From Chiloscyllium plagiosum (taxonomy: Eukaryota), in contig NC_057719.1 in the NCBI RefSeq assembly GCF_004010195.1, positions 2,883,735 through 2,947,734 of the forward strand: a DNA stretch of 64,000 nucleotides, written 5' to 3'. Position numbers and translations under genes: made by a program. Shown here one piece after another: positions 37,001 to 51,357 of this stretch (position 1 is the first letter of the stretch; each line of letters starts with the position of its first letter). Below the pieces are notes generated by a model, which made no database searches, was not told the origin of the DNA, and saw only the letters and a list, made by a program, of their open reading frames with translations.

Positions 37001-38487
37001 TTAACAGCATCCCTGCCTTGCATCACTTTGCCTTGTCAGTTTGTACTTTGTACCCTCAACAGCGATACCAGGCTCAGCAAACAGCTGTTTGCCATGCCGT
37101 TTTGTGCAGACACCAAGCCAGGAAGCTGTCCTCAGTCAAGGTAGGTAGCCTCCTCTCAGAGGGTTGCAGCATAATAGGACAAGGATGACATCCCATACCA
37201 GTTCTGGGCTTGTACACGGTCAGTTAGCCACTCTGAGTTATCAGGATACTCTCTATTTAAGGAGCCAAATGTTGGTCAGGCCACCATTTGATTTGACTCT
37301 TTCTGCACTATTGTGGATGAGAGAGAGAGGCAAGTATTAAGAAGGCGAAAGTGGTGGCACAGTTAGTATTTTTGGTAAAGTTGGATGTATGTCCCAAACA
37401 AGTGAGTAGGTAGTGCAGCGAGCATGTAGGGTTAAGGTATGTGATAAGGTAGGGCTAGAATCAGACAAGAGGCATAAGTAGTTAATAAGAAGACTTTTTA
37501 AGATATAGTCAGAAAATGCAATAGGCCTTGCAATGAAAACCCTCCAAAAAAAACCCTTGACTGAAATGGTGCTTTACCAAAAAAATGTAACATTTAGCGC
37601 AATGCTACGGCCTAATAGAAAAGTGCACCTGGTTGTCTAATTGAAACACATCTTTTTGTATAATACCAGATGATCTCCTGCAAATTTCCTCATATTGAGC
37701 AAGAGGATTTACTGGGAAGAGTTATATGGTTACTGTGTAGACTTCATAGTATACTATGGGAGAATGTAGCACCTGTAGAAGTTACTCTCACAGTTGTTTA
37801 CAGTTATCTCTTAACCTTTCCACCAACAGTACAACAAGTTCAACATGTAGCAAGGAGTTAAAGCTCTCCTCAACACTGAACGGTTTTAATATTGATAAAA
37901 TTGCCTCTATACTAGATCACCGAACCATCTCAGGTAAGACATTGATTACAATCCTATCAAGTACTCTCAGGGCAGGTATGTACATGTTAAACCTGTTATG
38001 ATATAAATGAAGTGCTTATTGCATCAATCATGTAAATGTTCTTTTATCATAATAAAAGCAAAATACTGCAAACGCTTAAATCTGAAAAAAAACCCCAGAA
38101 AATATTAGTAAAATTCAGAAGGTCTGGCAGCACGTGTGGAAAGCGAAATAGACTTAACATTTTGAGTCCATTATGATTCTCCTTTGAAATGTAAAAGCTG
38201 GAAAATGGTGGTTTTTATGCTGTTGACAAGAAGTGGGGGAGCAACAAATGGAACAGATAGTAAAGGTCACCAGAGCAAATCATAGTTCTAGATTTCTAGG
38301 TCTCCTTCACAACCATCAACTAAAATAGGTATAAATGGAAGTGTGAAAAGGAGAAAAATGGGTTCACTCTGCTGAGAGCAAAGCCAACAAACATGGCAAG
38401 ATACAGACATTGGGAGTTTTATGAAAAGTGGAGGACAGAGGTGATCCTCTGAAATTGTGGAACTCAGTACTGAGTCTAAGTGGAAAA

Positions 38488-38793
38488 TTAGATTAGATTA
38501 CCTACAGTGTGGAAACAGGCCCTTCGGCCCAATAAGTCCACACTGACCCTCCAAAGAGTAACCCACTCTGACCCATTTCCCTCTGACTAATACACCTAAC
38601 CTATGGGCAATTTAGCATGGCCAAATCATCTAACCTTCACATCTTTGGACTATGGGAGGAAACCGGAGCACACCCGTGCAGACATGGGGAGAATGTGCAA
38701 ACTCCACACAGACAGTCGCCCTGGGCTGGAATTGAACCGGGGACCCTGGTGCTATGAGGTAGCAGTGCTAACCACTGAGCCACCATGCCATCC
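38488..38793 (-). mobile_element. HE1 (V-SINE)
   Basis: Full reverse head, core and tail with (ttaga)n. Confidence 0.9.
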
Positions 38794-39629
38794 CAGAAAT
38801 GAAGTATTGTTTCTCCAGCTTGCATTGCAATTGGTGAGAACACTGTAGTAAGACCAGGACAGAAAAGTTAACAAGGGAGAAAAATGGCTAATTGAAATGG
38901 CATGCAACTGGATCATTGCTATGGACAAAGCAGAGGTTTTCTGCAAAGCAGTCACTCGGTCTGCTTTTGGACTCACCAATGTAAAGGAGGCTGCTTTTAA
39001 GCAGTGAATGCAATAAAGTAGATTAGAAGAAGTACAAGTTAAATGCTGCTTTACCTGAAAGGTATCCTTGTGGCCTTGGACAGTAGAGAAAGTGGAGATA
39101 AATGAATAGATGTTACACCTTGTGCAATTGCAGAGGAAGGTGCCGTGGGCAGGTGAGAAAGTGATAGCTGTGATGGACGAGTTGGCTAGGATGTCCTGAA
39201 GGAAATTTTCCCTGTGGAATGCTGAGAGTGGAGTGGAGGGGAGGACAAGTCTGGCGGTGGTATCTTTGATATTTTGTCAGGTACATTTGATATCAACCAA
39301 TAAAATATCAAGTATAGAGTTAAAAGATATCAAATTGGAACATTTCAATTATTCTTTGGTTCATGAGGCATTCAGTCTCTGGGAACCTTGGAGAATGAAG
39401 AAGAAAATGTAACATTTATTGAACAGCTGCTGGGTATGTCTAACTGGTATAATTAGTTGGTAATTAGCAGTTTTAAAGAGTAAGCTAGGGGAAACTTGGC
39501 AGTCAAGTTGTTTAATATGTGAAATAAACTCAGCTACAGCATTTTATTGTGTTAATTGACACATTTTAAAAAAGAACATGAAATCAGTTGTAAAGGTGGA
39601 GCTTTAATAAATGGGGTCTAATCCTGTAT

Positions 39630-39933
39630 AGAAATACAGATGGAAAGAGGCCATTAAGCCTGCACTGAACCTCCAAAGAGAATCCAACCCAGATCTCCCT
39701 GCCCTATCCCTGTAACCCCACATTTACTCTGGCTAATCCAAGTCGCTAGATACAGGGTAATTGAACCTGCACAACTTTGGTTATGGGAGGAAACCAGAGC
39801 ACCTGGAGCAAAACCACATCAATGCAAGAAGAACATGCAAACTCTACACAAACAGTCACCCTAGGGTGGAATTGAACCTATGTCCCTGGTATTGTGAGGC
39901 AGCAGTGCTAACCACTGAGACATTGTGCTGCCA
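39630..39933 (-). mobile_element. Older HE1-like V-SINE
   Basis: gggaggaaaccagagcacctggag...tgcaaactc...gaggcagcagtgctaaccactg. Confidence 0.8.
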
Positions 39934-40254
39934 CAAATTGGATAAAGTTGATTATGATAAATCCATGTCCACTGGGACAGCTGGCCAAGATGTTATATAA
40001 CATCATCCACAAGCTAATATTTCAGGAGTTCTCCTGATCACTCAACATAGAAGATTAGCAGAAACTCCATTAATGCAGCTTACAAGGATATCTATTGAAT
40101 TTCTGCTATTTCGTATGCAACTGATCTGAAAGTCCTGGTGCTGATTACCTAGCTTCTTAAAAAAAAATCTACTTGCAGTTATTACCTCTTACTGGCTGCT
40201 CATCAGAAAGTGGTAGTGAGCCGTTTCTTGAGTTAATACAGTCTATGTGGAGAA

Positions 40255-41220
40255 GGATAATCCCTCCCAAGAAGATACAGAGCAGGATTAGGATCAGAGG
40301 AAATGTCCCTCTACACTCCCAGGATAGGGTCAGCACTGGTTTAGGTCCAGAGTGAAGCTCTATCTATACTATCCCCATCAAACATTTTCAGGACAGGAAC
40401 AGCATGGGGTTAGATACAGTGTAAAGCTCTCTTTACACTGTCCCCATCAAATATTCCCAGGACAAGGACAGCACGCAGTTAGATATAAGGTAAAACTCAT
40501 CCACAACAAGCTTTCTTGGACTCTTCACATGGACACACTGGTTACAAAGGCCCAACAATGTCTCCTCTTCCTCAGGCAACTGAGGAAAGTTGACATGAGG
40601 GTGAGCGAATACCCTTGCCAACTTCTATAGGTGCACTATCGAGAGCATTCTGCCTGGATGTATCACTACCTGATATGGCAGTTGTGCCATTCAAGATCGG
40701 AGACGGTTATGGAGAGTGGTGAACTTGGCCCAGACAATCACAAAGGCCAACCTCCCACCTATAGAATCCATCTACCAGGCCCGCTGTCAAGGAAAGGCTG
40801 CCAGCATTCTCAAAGATCTATCCTACCCTGGCAATGTTTTTCTACAAGCTCTACCATCGGGGAGAAGGTACAGAAGCCTGAACACACCCACCAGCCAGTT
40901 TCGAAACAGTTTCTACCTTACTGTTGTTAGAATACTGAATGGACTCAGAAACTCTTAAGATTTGCCTGTACCTGTGTTTTTGTTTTTGCTGCTGTTTACC
41001 TATTATTTACTTATCTGTGCTACTTAACTCTGTGATCTGCCTGTATTGCTCGCAAAACAAAGCTTTTCACTGTGCCTCGGTACACGGGACAATAAGTTCA
41101 ATCAATTCAATTCAATTCAATCCAATTCATTAAACACTCTCTAGATAGGTACAGCTCAGGATTAGATACAGAATAAAGCTCCTGCTACATAGTCCCCATC
41201 AAATAGTCCAAGCGTAGGTA
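40255..41220. repeat. ~70-bp tandem repeat (about 4-5 degenerate units) split by a LINE
   Basis: tccccatcaaa.a.t..caggaca..acagca.g..gttagata..g.gtaaagctc at 40255-40495 and 41130-41220. Confidence 0.75.
40495..41130 (+). mobile_element. Rex1/Babar-like LINE 3' end
   Basis: LSWTLHMDTLVTKAQQCLLFLRQLRK, YRCTIESIL, LPSGRRYRSL..SFY; tail gcttttcactgtgcctcggtacacgggacaataa plus (caatt)n. Confidence 0.8.
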
Positions 41221-41851
41221 ATAGTGTTTTGTAGGAAATTCTAGCATTTTGATCGAATAACAATATGTATTTTCATGTCAACTTTATGAGAAAAAATAAA
41301 GATAATTGTGTTGACATGTGCTTATTGGCTTTGTCGTTCTGGCTGACGGAGGTCATGAGATGGTAAGACCCTGTAAAAGATGCTTTGGTGTGTTGCTGTG
41401 GTGGAGCCTGTGTCATGGTAACTGTTTGAAATAAACGTCATTCCCCATCCCCTAAGTGGTAAGCACCTCCACATCAGGTAGAATATGGCTGAGATAAGAG
41501 GTCTCAATGTTGAGGTAACTCCAGTAGCTCACACTGCATAATGCAGGCTGACACTGACCTCAGTAGAGATCGTCGAGTCAATGAAAGAATATTTCATTAG
41601 GCAATTGTCAAAGGCACTGTAGACATTTTCTGATATCCATCTGCTCCATACTTATCCAAATGCTAACTTTGGGTGACTTATTCAAGTACAACTTCCATTG
41701 CATCCACTGCCTTTGAACCAACGAGACAGATTAGTACATTTTCTTCAAAAACATTTGCACTCTTTGAAGGCCTAAGTGCTTGTTTGGCATCAGAAGTGCT
41801 ACTTGGCCCAGAAGTGAAACTATCATGGTTATTCTAACAGATGAGAGACTT

Positions 41852-42075
41852 AACAAACAATCAAGGTATTTTTCAATGTATAATTTCAGTTACATCACAC
41901 TGTAAACTTTTGGTATAAATTCTGTGTCTTACAATTGTGCACTCCACAACCACCTGATAAAGGAGCGGCGTTCCGAAAGTTTGTGCTTCCAATTAAACCT
42001 GTTGGACTATAACCTGGTGTTGTGTGATTTGTAACTTTGTACACCCCAGTCCAACACCAGCATCTCCAAATCATG
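41852..42075 (+). mobile_element. Penelope terminal-repeat fragment
   Basis: Colinear with 27428-27785; hammerhead motif at 41951-41985. Confidence 0.85.
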
Positions 42076-42764
42076 GCCCGTCCCTGATTTCTACAGATCC
42101 TGCAGTAAAAATATATATTAACTCATTCAATTGTGCTACGAATGGATAAGGCCATACCTTGTAATGAAAATACTACTGCTCATCAATTATTGTTTTGTTC
42201 CTTTTGTGCCTTCCAATGAATGTATTACAGAAACTTGCAGCAGGAAAATCTGCTCCAAAAAAAAGCCAAGTATTGCTTTACAATCACTGACCTCCAATTC
42301 TTTCAAGCATCTCAGAGTAATAATGTATAGTCAGCGTGATGGATTTGCACAGGGTGATGTGCCAAACATGAATGGCCTGGAGATAGAACTTGTGAATAGA
42401 TCAGAGGATCACAGACAAAAAACCTTGGGATCCACATCTGTGGAATCAAGGAGCCTGATCAAAGAAAGTGAGAAGAATTTCCCAGGTGTGACTTTCCTTA
42501 ACAGCTTAGAGTGTAAGCCATTTTGATCAAGTATCTTATCTACCTTGAATACTGACATTGAAGGAGTCAGCAACATTAGGGCCATGTATTTCTAAAAACG
42601 CAGCACCTTAATTATTTCAGCGTGCGATAATGCAGCAAAATTCCAGCAGCTATATTACGCATAGAATGGCCCAGCAAGTACAATGAAATGATTAATCTAT
42701 TGTTGGTAGTATTGAGAAAGGAACTTTGGACAGGATATTAATAGAACTTCTTTGTTCTGTTAAT

Positions 42765-43625
42765 GCACAATGGGATCTTGATCAGATGGGCAAATGGTCT
42801 GAGGAGTGGCAGATGGAGTTTAATTTAGATAAATGCGAGGTGCTGCATTTTGGAAAAGCAAATCGGAGCAGGACTTATCCACTTAATGGTCAGGTCCTGG
42901 GGAGTGTTTCTGAATGAAGTGACCTTAGAGTGCAGGTTCATAGTTCCTTGAAAGTAGAGTCAGAGGTAAATAGGAAAGTAAAGAAGGCATTTAGTATGTA
43001 TTCTTTTGTTGGTCAGAGCATTGAGTATAGGAGTTGGGAGGTCATATCAGCACTCTACAGGACATTGGTAAGGCCACTTTTGGAATATTGTGTACAATTC
43101 TGGTCTCCTTTCTATTGGAAAAATGTTGTGAAACTTGAAAAGGTTCCAAACAGATTTACAAGGATGTTGCCAAGGTTGGAGAGTTTGAGCTACAGGGAGA
43201 GGTTGAATAGGCTGGGACTGTTTTCCCTGGAGTGTCAAAGGCTGAGAGTTGACCTTATGGAGGTTTATAAAGTCATGAGGGGCATAGATAGGATAAATAG
43301 ACAAGATCTTTTCCCTGGGGTGAGGGAGTCCAGAACTGGAAGGTGTAGGTTTTGGGTGAGAGGGGAAAGATATAAAAGTGACCTCAGGGGCAACTTTTTC
43401 ATGCAGAGGGTGGTGCGTGTATGGAATGAGCTGCCAGAGGAGGTGGTGGAGGCTGGTACAATTACAACATTTAAAAGGCATCTGGATGGGTATATGAATA
43501 GGAAGGGTTTAGAGGGATATGGGCCAGATGCTGGCAAATGGGGCTAGATTAGGTTAGGCTTTCTGTTTGGCATGGACAAGTTGGACCGATACGTCTGTTT
43601 TCATGCTGTACGCTTCTATGACTCT
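42765..43625 (+). mobile_element. 5'-truncated CR1 LINE
   Basis: 205-aa ORF 42930-43547 is the CR1 ORF2 C-terminus; 3' tail follows. Confidence 0.95.
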
Positions 43626-43721
43626 AAATCATGCATGAGGCCTTTTAATATCTATATGAGAATCAATAATGGCAACTAAGACCTTAGTTTCATGTTCATC
43701 TGATAATCTGTCACTCACTTT

Positions 43722-46195
43722 ATAGTGATTGTACCAAGGTCAACCAGTTGGGCCTCATAGAATATGAGTTCCCCAATTGAGGCTGCTAACTTGGTCCAAT
43801 TACAGAGCCTTGGCTGACAGATTCAAATAGGAGTGTCAAAGGTACTGTTCACTCAGACAGCTAGCACTGGGGGAGCAGTGTCAAGGACATTCCATGTGTA
43901 AATAAAGAGTGACTTGGTGATGGGATGCTGGCCTTGATGGAGTCATTTCTGTTGTTACAAGAGTGAAGCACGCTCCTGAATAAACCTGCTTGCAACAGTT
44001 GTCTTTGAGCTGTGGTAACATTTCTGGCATCATGCCATTCTTTGGGAAGCTTGACTTGTTCAATCCTACTGTCGATTGGGACCAGTATGTGGAAAGAATG
44101 CACAATTTTCTTCGGGCAAATGACATTGGAGTGGGTGAAAAGCAACAAATAATTCTCCTGACAGCCTGTGGACGTGCAGCTTTTTTGGTTATTAAGAGCC
44201 TAACTTTCCCAAATACTAAAGCCTTTCAAAAGCTAATGGATTTATTTAAGGAATATTACAACCTCAAGATTCCTCTAATTCTGAGATCCTCTCAGTTTTA
44301 CTCAGCAATTCAAGGAACAGGGGAATCCGTTTTGGGATTTTTGACTAGATTAAGAAGACTGACACAGGCATGTGACTTTGGTTAACCCTTAAAGAGATGT
44401 TGAGAGATTTTTTGGTATGTGAGATTAATGATGTAACCATGCAAAAACACCAAATAGTTGAAGCCTAACTGGGCTTCACAGGCACTACAACTGGCTTTAT
44501 CACTGGAAAATGTGGTAAATGGAGTTGCATGGTATTCCAATGGAAGTCTACACCCTTGCCAGTCTGACTGAGCTTGGGGAATACCACTTGAGCAAAGGCA
44601 GTTGCATAGCCTCACTCAGGACATATCCTGAATGATCCTGAAAAACCAAACAGCAAAGCCAAGCATATGCCAAATGGCTAACATTCTTTTCAGGATTGGG
44701 CCGGGAAACCATTATATGGTTGCTGCCAGTGTGTGATCTTGAGACAGCAAAAGAACCCCACTAGACCTAAATTGTTATGGGAACTTATCAGTTGGTATGC
44801 AGGAGGGTTTCACACCCTGGGAAGCCCACCTATATCTGGTATAGAACAGTTAAATTGCTTATCAACATCCAAATCAGAACCAACCAAAATAAACATCTAG
44901 TTAAATGGTTGCCCAGTTCTAATAGTGGTACATATTCATGTAGCAGTTTCCGTGATTGCAGGAACAGTCTTTTACAAAATGGCTTTGGGCTCTAAAACTT
45001 AGGTTTGCACAATACCTCAGCTAGACTGAGAACCTATACTGGGAAACCTTTACAAATCAATGGTACAACTTTGGTTCTGGTCTCTTATGAGAAGCACCTA
45101 GTTCAGATACCAATGATTGGGCTACAGAGTCAACAATGGCAGGTTACATCCTTGGAAGATGAAGTGAGGGAGGTCAAAGGTGCCGTGGCTTCCACATCTT
45201 AGGTTTTCTGTTGAGCTGGTGAATTATTACGGAAAGTTCATACATAACCTGGCCTCCATCCTGGCACCTTTGCATCAACTCTTAAAAGAAGGGTCAGCCT
45301 TGGAAGTGGTTGCATGGTCAAGCCATAGCTTTCAGGGAAGTGAAGAAACAGCTGTCATCCTCAAAGGAATTAGCACATTGTGATCCCAAATGAGATCTAG
45401 TATTGACATGTGATGCCTCCCTCTACTGCATCAGGGTGATATTAGTTCATAGGTGACCCATGGAGAGGAATGCCCGATAGTGTATGCATCCAGAACTTTG
45501 GGTAATGCAGAGTGTAAATACATTCAGATAGAGAAGGAAGGTTTGGCGATCATATTTGGAATCTGGAAGTTCCACCAATACCATTTTGGACATAAATTTA
45601 TAATGAAAAAAGACCACAAATCCCTGCTAGACCTACTTAAAGAGGACAAGACAGTGCTGCCAATAGTTTCAGGCTGAATTCAGTGATGGGCTTTAATATA
45701 AATAGCAGATTGAAACACTCTCAAAGAGACCAAGTAGCGAATGTGGAAGCATTGGACAACATGCCCCCCACCCCCTGCTCAAGGATGCCACAAGAAGAAT
45801 CTGTAATTGTTTAACTTTTCTGGAAACACTTCAAGTCACAGCTGACAATATCAGATTTTGGACGCAGAGAGATCCAGTCCTGGCAAAATTGAAGCAGCTG
45901 GTGGTGATGGGGGAAACCAAAGGGCTGTCACAATCAGAATTGCTATCTTCTTGGACCCAGAGAAACCAGATCATAGTAGAGTTTAGCACATTTTTATGGG
46001 GAGCAGGAGTGATTGTCCTAAGCAAAGGCGGCCACCACATACTGGCTGAAGCCCACCAGGGTCATTCAGGAGTTTCTAAAGTGAAGATGTATGTCTTGTG
46101 ACCAGGGTTGGATGCAGATATAGATACATTGATGGGACAGTGCCCAAAGTCCCAACAAGGACAAAAATTACTGCCAGCGGCTACCACACATTAGA
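43722..46195 (+). mobile_element. Decayed Gypsy element (LTR, gag, PR, RNaseH, start of integrase)
   Basis: MPFFGKLDLFNPTVDWDQYVERMHNFLRANDI; VNYYGKFIHNLASILAPLHQLLK; PIVYASRTL..YIQIEKEGLAIIFGIWKFHQY; ILAEAHQGHSG; related to 16655-18455. Confidence 0.9.
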
Positions 46196-46829
46196 GTATT
46201 CCCTCTCCCCCCCCCCCCCCCCCCAACCCGTCTAACTCGTATTCTATTTCTGGTTCTCATGAACTACAAACAGTAGGCACGAGGAATGCAGAGACTTGAG
46301 ATGTCACTGAAATGAATTCTTACTTTTGAAATTGGGGATTGCATTACCTTTAGCGGATGTTAGATGTTAGCATATCAAATAAGGATCAATCAATTGAAAG
46401 CTCCATTAGTAGGAAAGCTATAACAGTGTATTTAAAAAAAAATCGCTGAGACTGTAAGCTGAAAAGCTTAGGTTAGAAGGATACACTGAAATTGAATGAG
46501 GTAATGAAATAAATCAAGAGACTGGAGTTAGGTGAAAGTGATTCCAAATTCAGGTTTAGAAAACCTCTAGACTGCAACAGGAATACTGAGGGAAATAAGA
46601 TATTTTATAGTTCTGAGGTCCAGAAAAAGAAATAGGAAATGGTGCAGTGAAAATTAGCTTGGAGCACAAGCAGACAGTGTGTAATATTTAAAACACATAA
46701 ATCAAGAGAAAGTTCAGAGGAGTAAGGGCTACAGTAGTATGTAAAGAACACTGCTAGAAAAGATGCCAAAGAATTATTTGAATCGGTAGATGAGAAGATA
46801 AAATGGAGTTCTGGACAGTAGATGTAAGG

Positions 46830-47170
46830 GAAGGTGATGACTTGGTAATATTATTGATAGACTGCTAATCCAGACACCAAGATAATGTTCTGGGGACCTG
46901 GGTTCAAATCCCACCATGGCAGATGGTGGGGAATTTCAGTTGAAATTGAATTTAATAAAAATATGGTATTAAGAGTTTAATGATGGCTGTGAATACATTG
47001 CTAATTGTCACAAAACAACCATCTTTTCACCTGTGCCCTTTAGGGAAGGAAACTGTCATCCTCACCTACATGTCACTGCAGACCCACAACAATGTGGCTG
47101 ACTCTTAACGACCCTTTTCGCAATTAGGGATGAGCAACAAATGCTGGCCAGTGATACCCAAATGAATGAA
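46830..47170 (+). mobile_element. DeuSINE/SacSINE1-like SINE
   Basis: taatccaga...gggttcaaatcccaccatggcagatggtgg head; tail caattagggatgagcaacaaatgctggcc shared with LINE ends (cf. 29350-29410). Confidence 0.75.
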
Positions 47171-47234
47171 TGTTTTAAAAATGAGAACAGAGACTATGAT
47201 AAACATCTTAACCCATTTTTGAGGAGAGATTGAG

Positions 47235-47525
47235 AAACTGGAGGGCATAGGTTTAAGATGAGATGGAAAAAGATTTAAAAGGGGACTAAGGGGCAACGTT
47301 TTCACACAGAGGGTGGTGCGTATGTGGAATGAGCTGCCAGAGGAAGTGGTAGTGGTGGATACAATTATATAATTTAAAAGGCGTTTGGCTAGGTAAATTC
47401 ATAGGAAAGGTTAGAGGGATATGGGCTAAATGCAGGAAAATAACACTAGTTTTGTTTAGGAAACCTCGTCAGCATGTACGAGTTGAGCCAAAGGGCCTGT
47501 TTCCATGCTATATGACTATGACTGT
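47235..47525 (+). mobile_element. CR1 3' end
   Basis: gggcataggtttaag...tggaatgagctgccagagg...gggcctgtttccatgc. Confidence 0.88.
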
Positions 47526-47604
47526 ATGCTAAAGCAGAAAGGGACTAAATGACAATATTTCAGATCAATGCTGTAGAGTGCTTCCAAGATCTGCTGCGGG
47601 TCAC

Positions 47605-48220
47605 CTTTAACTCTAAGTTCTGGCACATCGCTTCAGGAGTTCTTCAGGGTAATGTCCTAGGCTCAACCATTTTCAACAGCTTCATTAATGACCATCTCTT
47701 CATCATAAGGTCATTATTGGGGTGTTTGCTGATGCTTGCACAATGTTCAGCACCATTAATGACGTCTCAGATGCTAAAGCTGCCCATGTCCAAATACAAC
47801 AAAACCTGGACAATATCTAGGTTTGGGCTGACAGTGACAAGTAACATTTGCACAACTCAGATTCCAAGCAATGACCATCTCCGTCAAGATAGATTCTAAA
47901 CTTTATCCACTACCATCCAATGGAATTACTTTATAAATACTGCGGCCACAAAAGCAGTCATGGCTAGAAATCCTGCAATGATTAACTCACTTCCTGACTC
48001 ACCAAAGCCTGTCCAAGGATAAGTAGGGAATGTGGTAGAATACTCCATACTTGACTGGATAATGCGGCTCTAACAGCACTCAAGAAGCTTATCACCATCC
48101 AGAAGAAAGCAGCCTGTTTTGATTGACACCACATTCTCAAACATTCATTCCCACCAACATCAACATACAGTACTGAATGGACCAACTACAAGATGCATTG
48201 AGATAGCTCACCAAAGCTCA
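47605..48220 (+). mobile_element. Old LINE RT fragment (same family as 21480-29410)
   Basis: SGVLQGNVLGSTIFNSFIND; colinear with 25650-25900 and 28450-28700. Confidence 0.8.
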
Positions 48221-49344
48221 TGGTAGCTGAAGTTACCATGAAGGTTCTGCCTCCTCAACCTCTCCACTCACATGAAGTATGGTGACCCTCAGGTTAAACC
48301 ACCACCAATCATTTCTTTCTCTCTCTCTCTCTCTCTACCTCTCTCTACCTCTCTCTACCTCTCTCTACTGAGACAACAGCCCTGTGTTCTCTGGGAATAC
48401 AAAGACTTTACTATTACCTGCACAGCAATTAGGTCTGCACTGTTTATCAGTGACTCTTGACAACGCGAGAGTAATTCCCAGCAATGCCTGTATAGCATCC
48501 TCTGGTTTCAATGCGAGAACAATAAACAAATGTTTGTGTCTTTTTTAACTTCTGAAAAATCAACTACAATGAACTGAGCTGTATGTCTAGATGACTGAAT
48601 AGTGGCTACTGGCCAGGTTCTATTTTTCCAGAAGGCCACTGTTCCAAGGAAAGGCAAGAACAACACTGCTCAGATATTCAGGCACTCCCTTTGAAGCATA
48701 GCAACATTGATATTAATGCCAGGAAGGAGCTTGCTACCAATCACTCAAAATAGCAACAATTTGTGCTGCATCATGCTTTGAATCCAACCACCTTAATGAT
48801 GAGGCAGCACAGCAGTGAAGAACGTAAGAAAAAGAAGCAAATCCTGCACTTCGTATCTCACTACCTCCTTGGATGTCCTGCCACATGTGCCAAAAGATCT
48901 GTGTGTCAAGAGTCATCCTATTCAGCGCCTGAAGGTCCACAGCAGAAAGACATGACCCTGAGTAGATGTCCTCCTCAAGATGAGGAACAGCCTGACCACA
49001 CTACCAGGATAGTAAAGGCTGGTGGACTCTTTGAAACTGCACAATGCATACTGATGTGAACGATATTGAGTAGAATGGTTCTATACTGTCTGAAGCTTAG
49101 AATATTGGGAGGTACTGTCATTGACACATAAGATTCTAGTACATGCGGCCACAGTCTTAGGATAAGGGATGGAGCTTGTAGCAGATTAAGAAGAAATTTT
49201 GTCGCTCAGATGATGGTGATTCTTTTGAATTCTCTACCAAGTGGACTGTACATGCTCAATAATTGAGTGTATTCAATACTGGGTTTGATAAAGTATTTGC
49301 ATCTGAGGGAAGTGAGGAATATGATGATTGGTTCTGAGACTGGA

Positions 49345-51125
49345 GTTAAAAGTTGAGGGAGGAGGTAGGATAGGCTCTTAATGAATACTTTGCTTCAGTA
49401 CTCACTACTGAAAGGGGTCTTGACATTTGTGAGAACAGTATGAAACATGCTGATATGCTCGAACAGATTAATGTTAAGAAGGAGGATGTGCTGAAAATTT
49501 TGAAAAACATAAGGATAGATAAGTCCCGTGGGCCAGATGGGATGTACCCAAGGTTACTATGGGAAGTGACGGAAGATACTATTGCACCTTTGGAGATGGT
49601 CTTTGCATCCTCACTGTCCACTGGAGGAGTGCCAGATAAGTGGAGGTTGACAAATGTTATTCCCTTGTTCAAGAAAGGTAATAGGGATAATCGTGGAGAT
49701 TATAGACCAGTCAATCTTATGTCTGTGGTGGGCAAAGTATTGGAGAGGATTCTGAGAGACAGGATTCATGCTTACTTGGAAAACCATAGTTTTATTAGAG
49801 ATAGTCAGCATGGCTTTGTGAGGGGCAGGTCATGCCTCACAAATCTTATTGAATTCTTTGAGGTTGTGACAAACACATTGATGAAGGTAAAGCAGTGGAA
49901 TTGGTATACGTGGATTTTAGCAATGCGTTTGATAATGTTCCCCTTATCAAATGGTAGGCTCATTCAGAAAATTAGGAGATATGGGATGCAGGGAAATTTG
50001 GCTATCTGGTTACAGAATTGGCTGGCCCATAGAAGACAGAAGGTGGTAATAGATGGAAAGTATTCAGCCTGGAGCTTGGTGGCCAATGATGTTCTGCAAG
50101 GATCTGTGCTGGGACCTCTGCTTTTTGTGATATTTATAAATGACTTGGATGAAGAGGCAGAGGATGAGTTAGTACTTTTGCCAATGACACGAAGGTTGGT
50201 GGAGTGGTGGATAGTGTGGAGGGCTGTTGTATGTTGCAATGAGATATTGACAGGATACAGAACTGGGGTGATAAGTGGCTCGGATGCTGCCTGATCTGCT
50301 GTGCTTTTCCAGCACCAGTCTAATATAGACAAGTGGCAGATGGAGTTTAACCTGGAAAAGTGTGAAGCCATTCACTTTGGAAGGTCGAATTTGAATGCAG
50401 AATACAGGATTAAAGACAGGATTCTTGGCGGTGTAGAGGAACAGAGCAGTCTTGGAGTCCATATCCATAGATCTCGCAAAGTTGCCACCCAGGTTGATAG
50501 GGTTGTTAAGAAGGTGTGTGTTATATTGGTTTTCATTAACGGGGCGTGTTGAGTTTAAGAGCCGTGAGGTTATGCTGAAGCTCAAAAGACCTCTGGTTAG
50601 ACTACACTTGGAATATTGTGTTCAGTTCTGGTCACCACATTATAGGAAGGACGTGGAAGCTTTAGAGAGGGTGCAGAGGAGACTTACCAGATGCTGCCTG
50701 AACTGGAGGACATGACTTATGAAGAAAGGTTGAGGAAGCTAGGGCTTTTCTCATTGTAGCAAAGAAGGATGAGAGGTGACTTCATAGAGATGTACAAGAT
50801 GATGAGAGGCATAGATAGAGTAGATAGTCAGAGACTTTTTCCCAGGAGGGAAACGTCTATCATGAGGGGGCAAAATTTTAAGGTGATTGAAGGAAGGCTT
50901 AGGGAGGTATCAGAGGTAGGTTCTTTACACAGAGAGTGGTGGGTGCATGGAATGCACTGCCAGCAGTGATAGTAGAGTGAGATACATTAGGGACATTTAA
51001 GCGACTCTTGGATAGGCACATGGATGATAGTAAATGAAGGGTTATGTACGTTAGTTTAAACGTAGAGGAGGATATAAGGTCGGCACAACATCGAGGGCTG
51101 TGCTCTACTGTTCTATGTTCTATGA
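49345..51125 (+). mobile_element. CR1 LINE, ~1.8 kb of ORF2 plus 3' tail
   Basis: ORF 49440-50294 (GPDGMYPRLL, PLFKKG, YRPVNL, SQHGFVRGRSCLTNLIEFFE, QGSVLGPLLFVIFINDLD). Confidence 0.96.
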
Positions 51126-51357
51126 TCTAGTTAAATGGCTTGAGGAGCTATATGATTACTTCTACACCTTGTCTTATGTTCCTGTGATTTTAGGATGTAT
51201 TAAAATCAGTACCTACGTTCATAGTGGAGCGGATTTTCTTCTTTATTTATTTGTTCATTGGATGTGGGTGTCATTGACTTGGCCAGCATTTATTGACCAT
51301 TCCAAGTTGAAAGATGATTGTCAGCTGCTTTCTTTTACCATTGTAACCCATTTGGTG

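Noticed and set aside
40255..41220. Regularly spaced repeats resembling a CRISPR array
   Set aside because: Units are contiguous tandem copies without unique spacers, there are no cas genes, and the context is eukaryotic
41300..42130. Dynein-heavy-chain or vWA-like motifs in the decayed tract
   Set aside because: Resemblances are a few residues in inconsistent frames and spacing; cannot support a name
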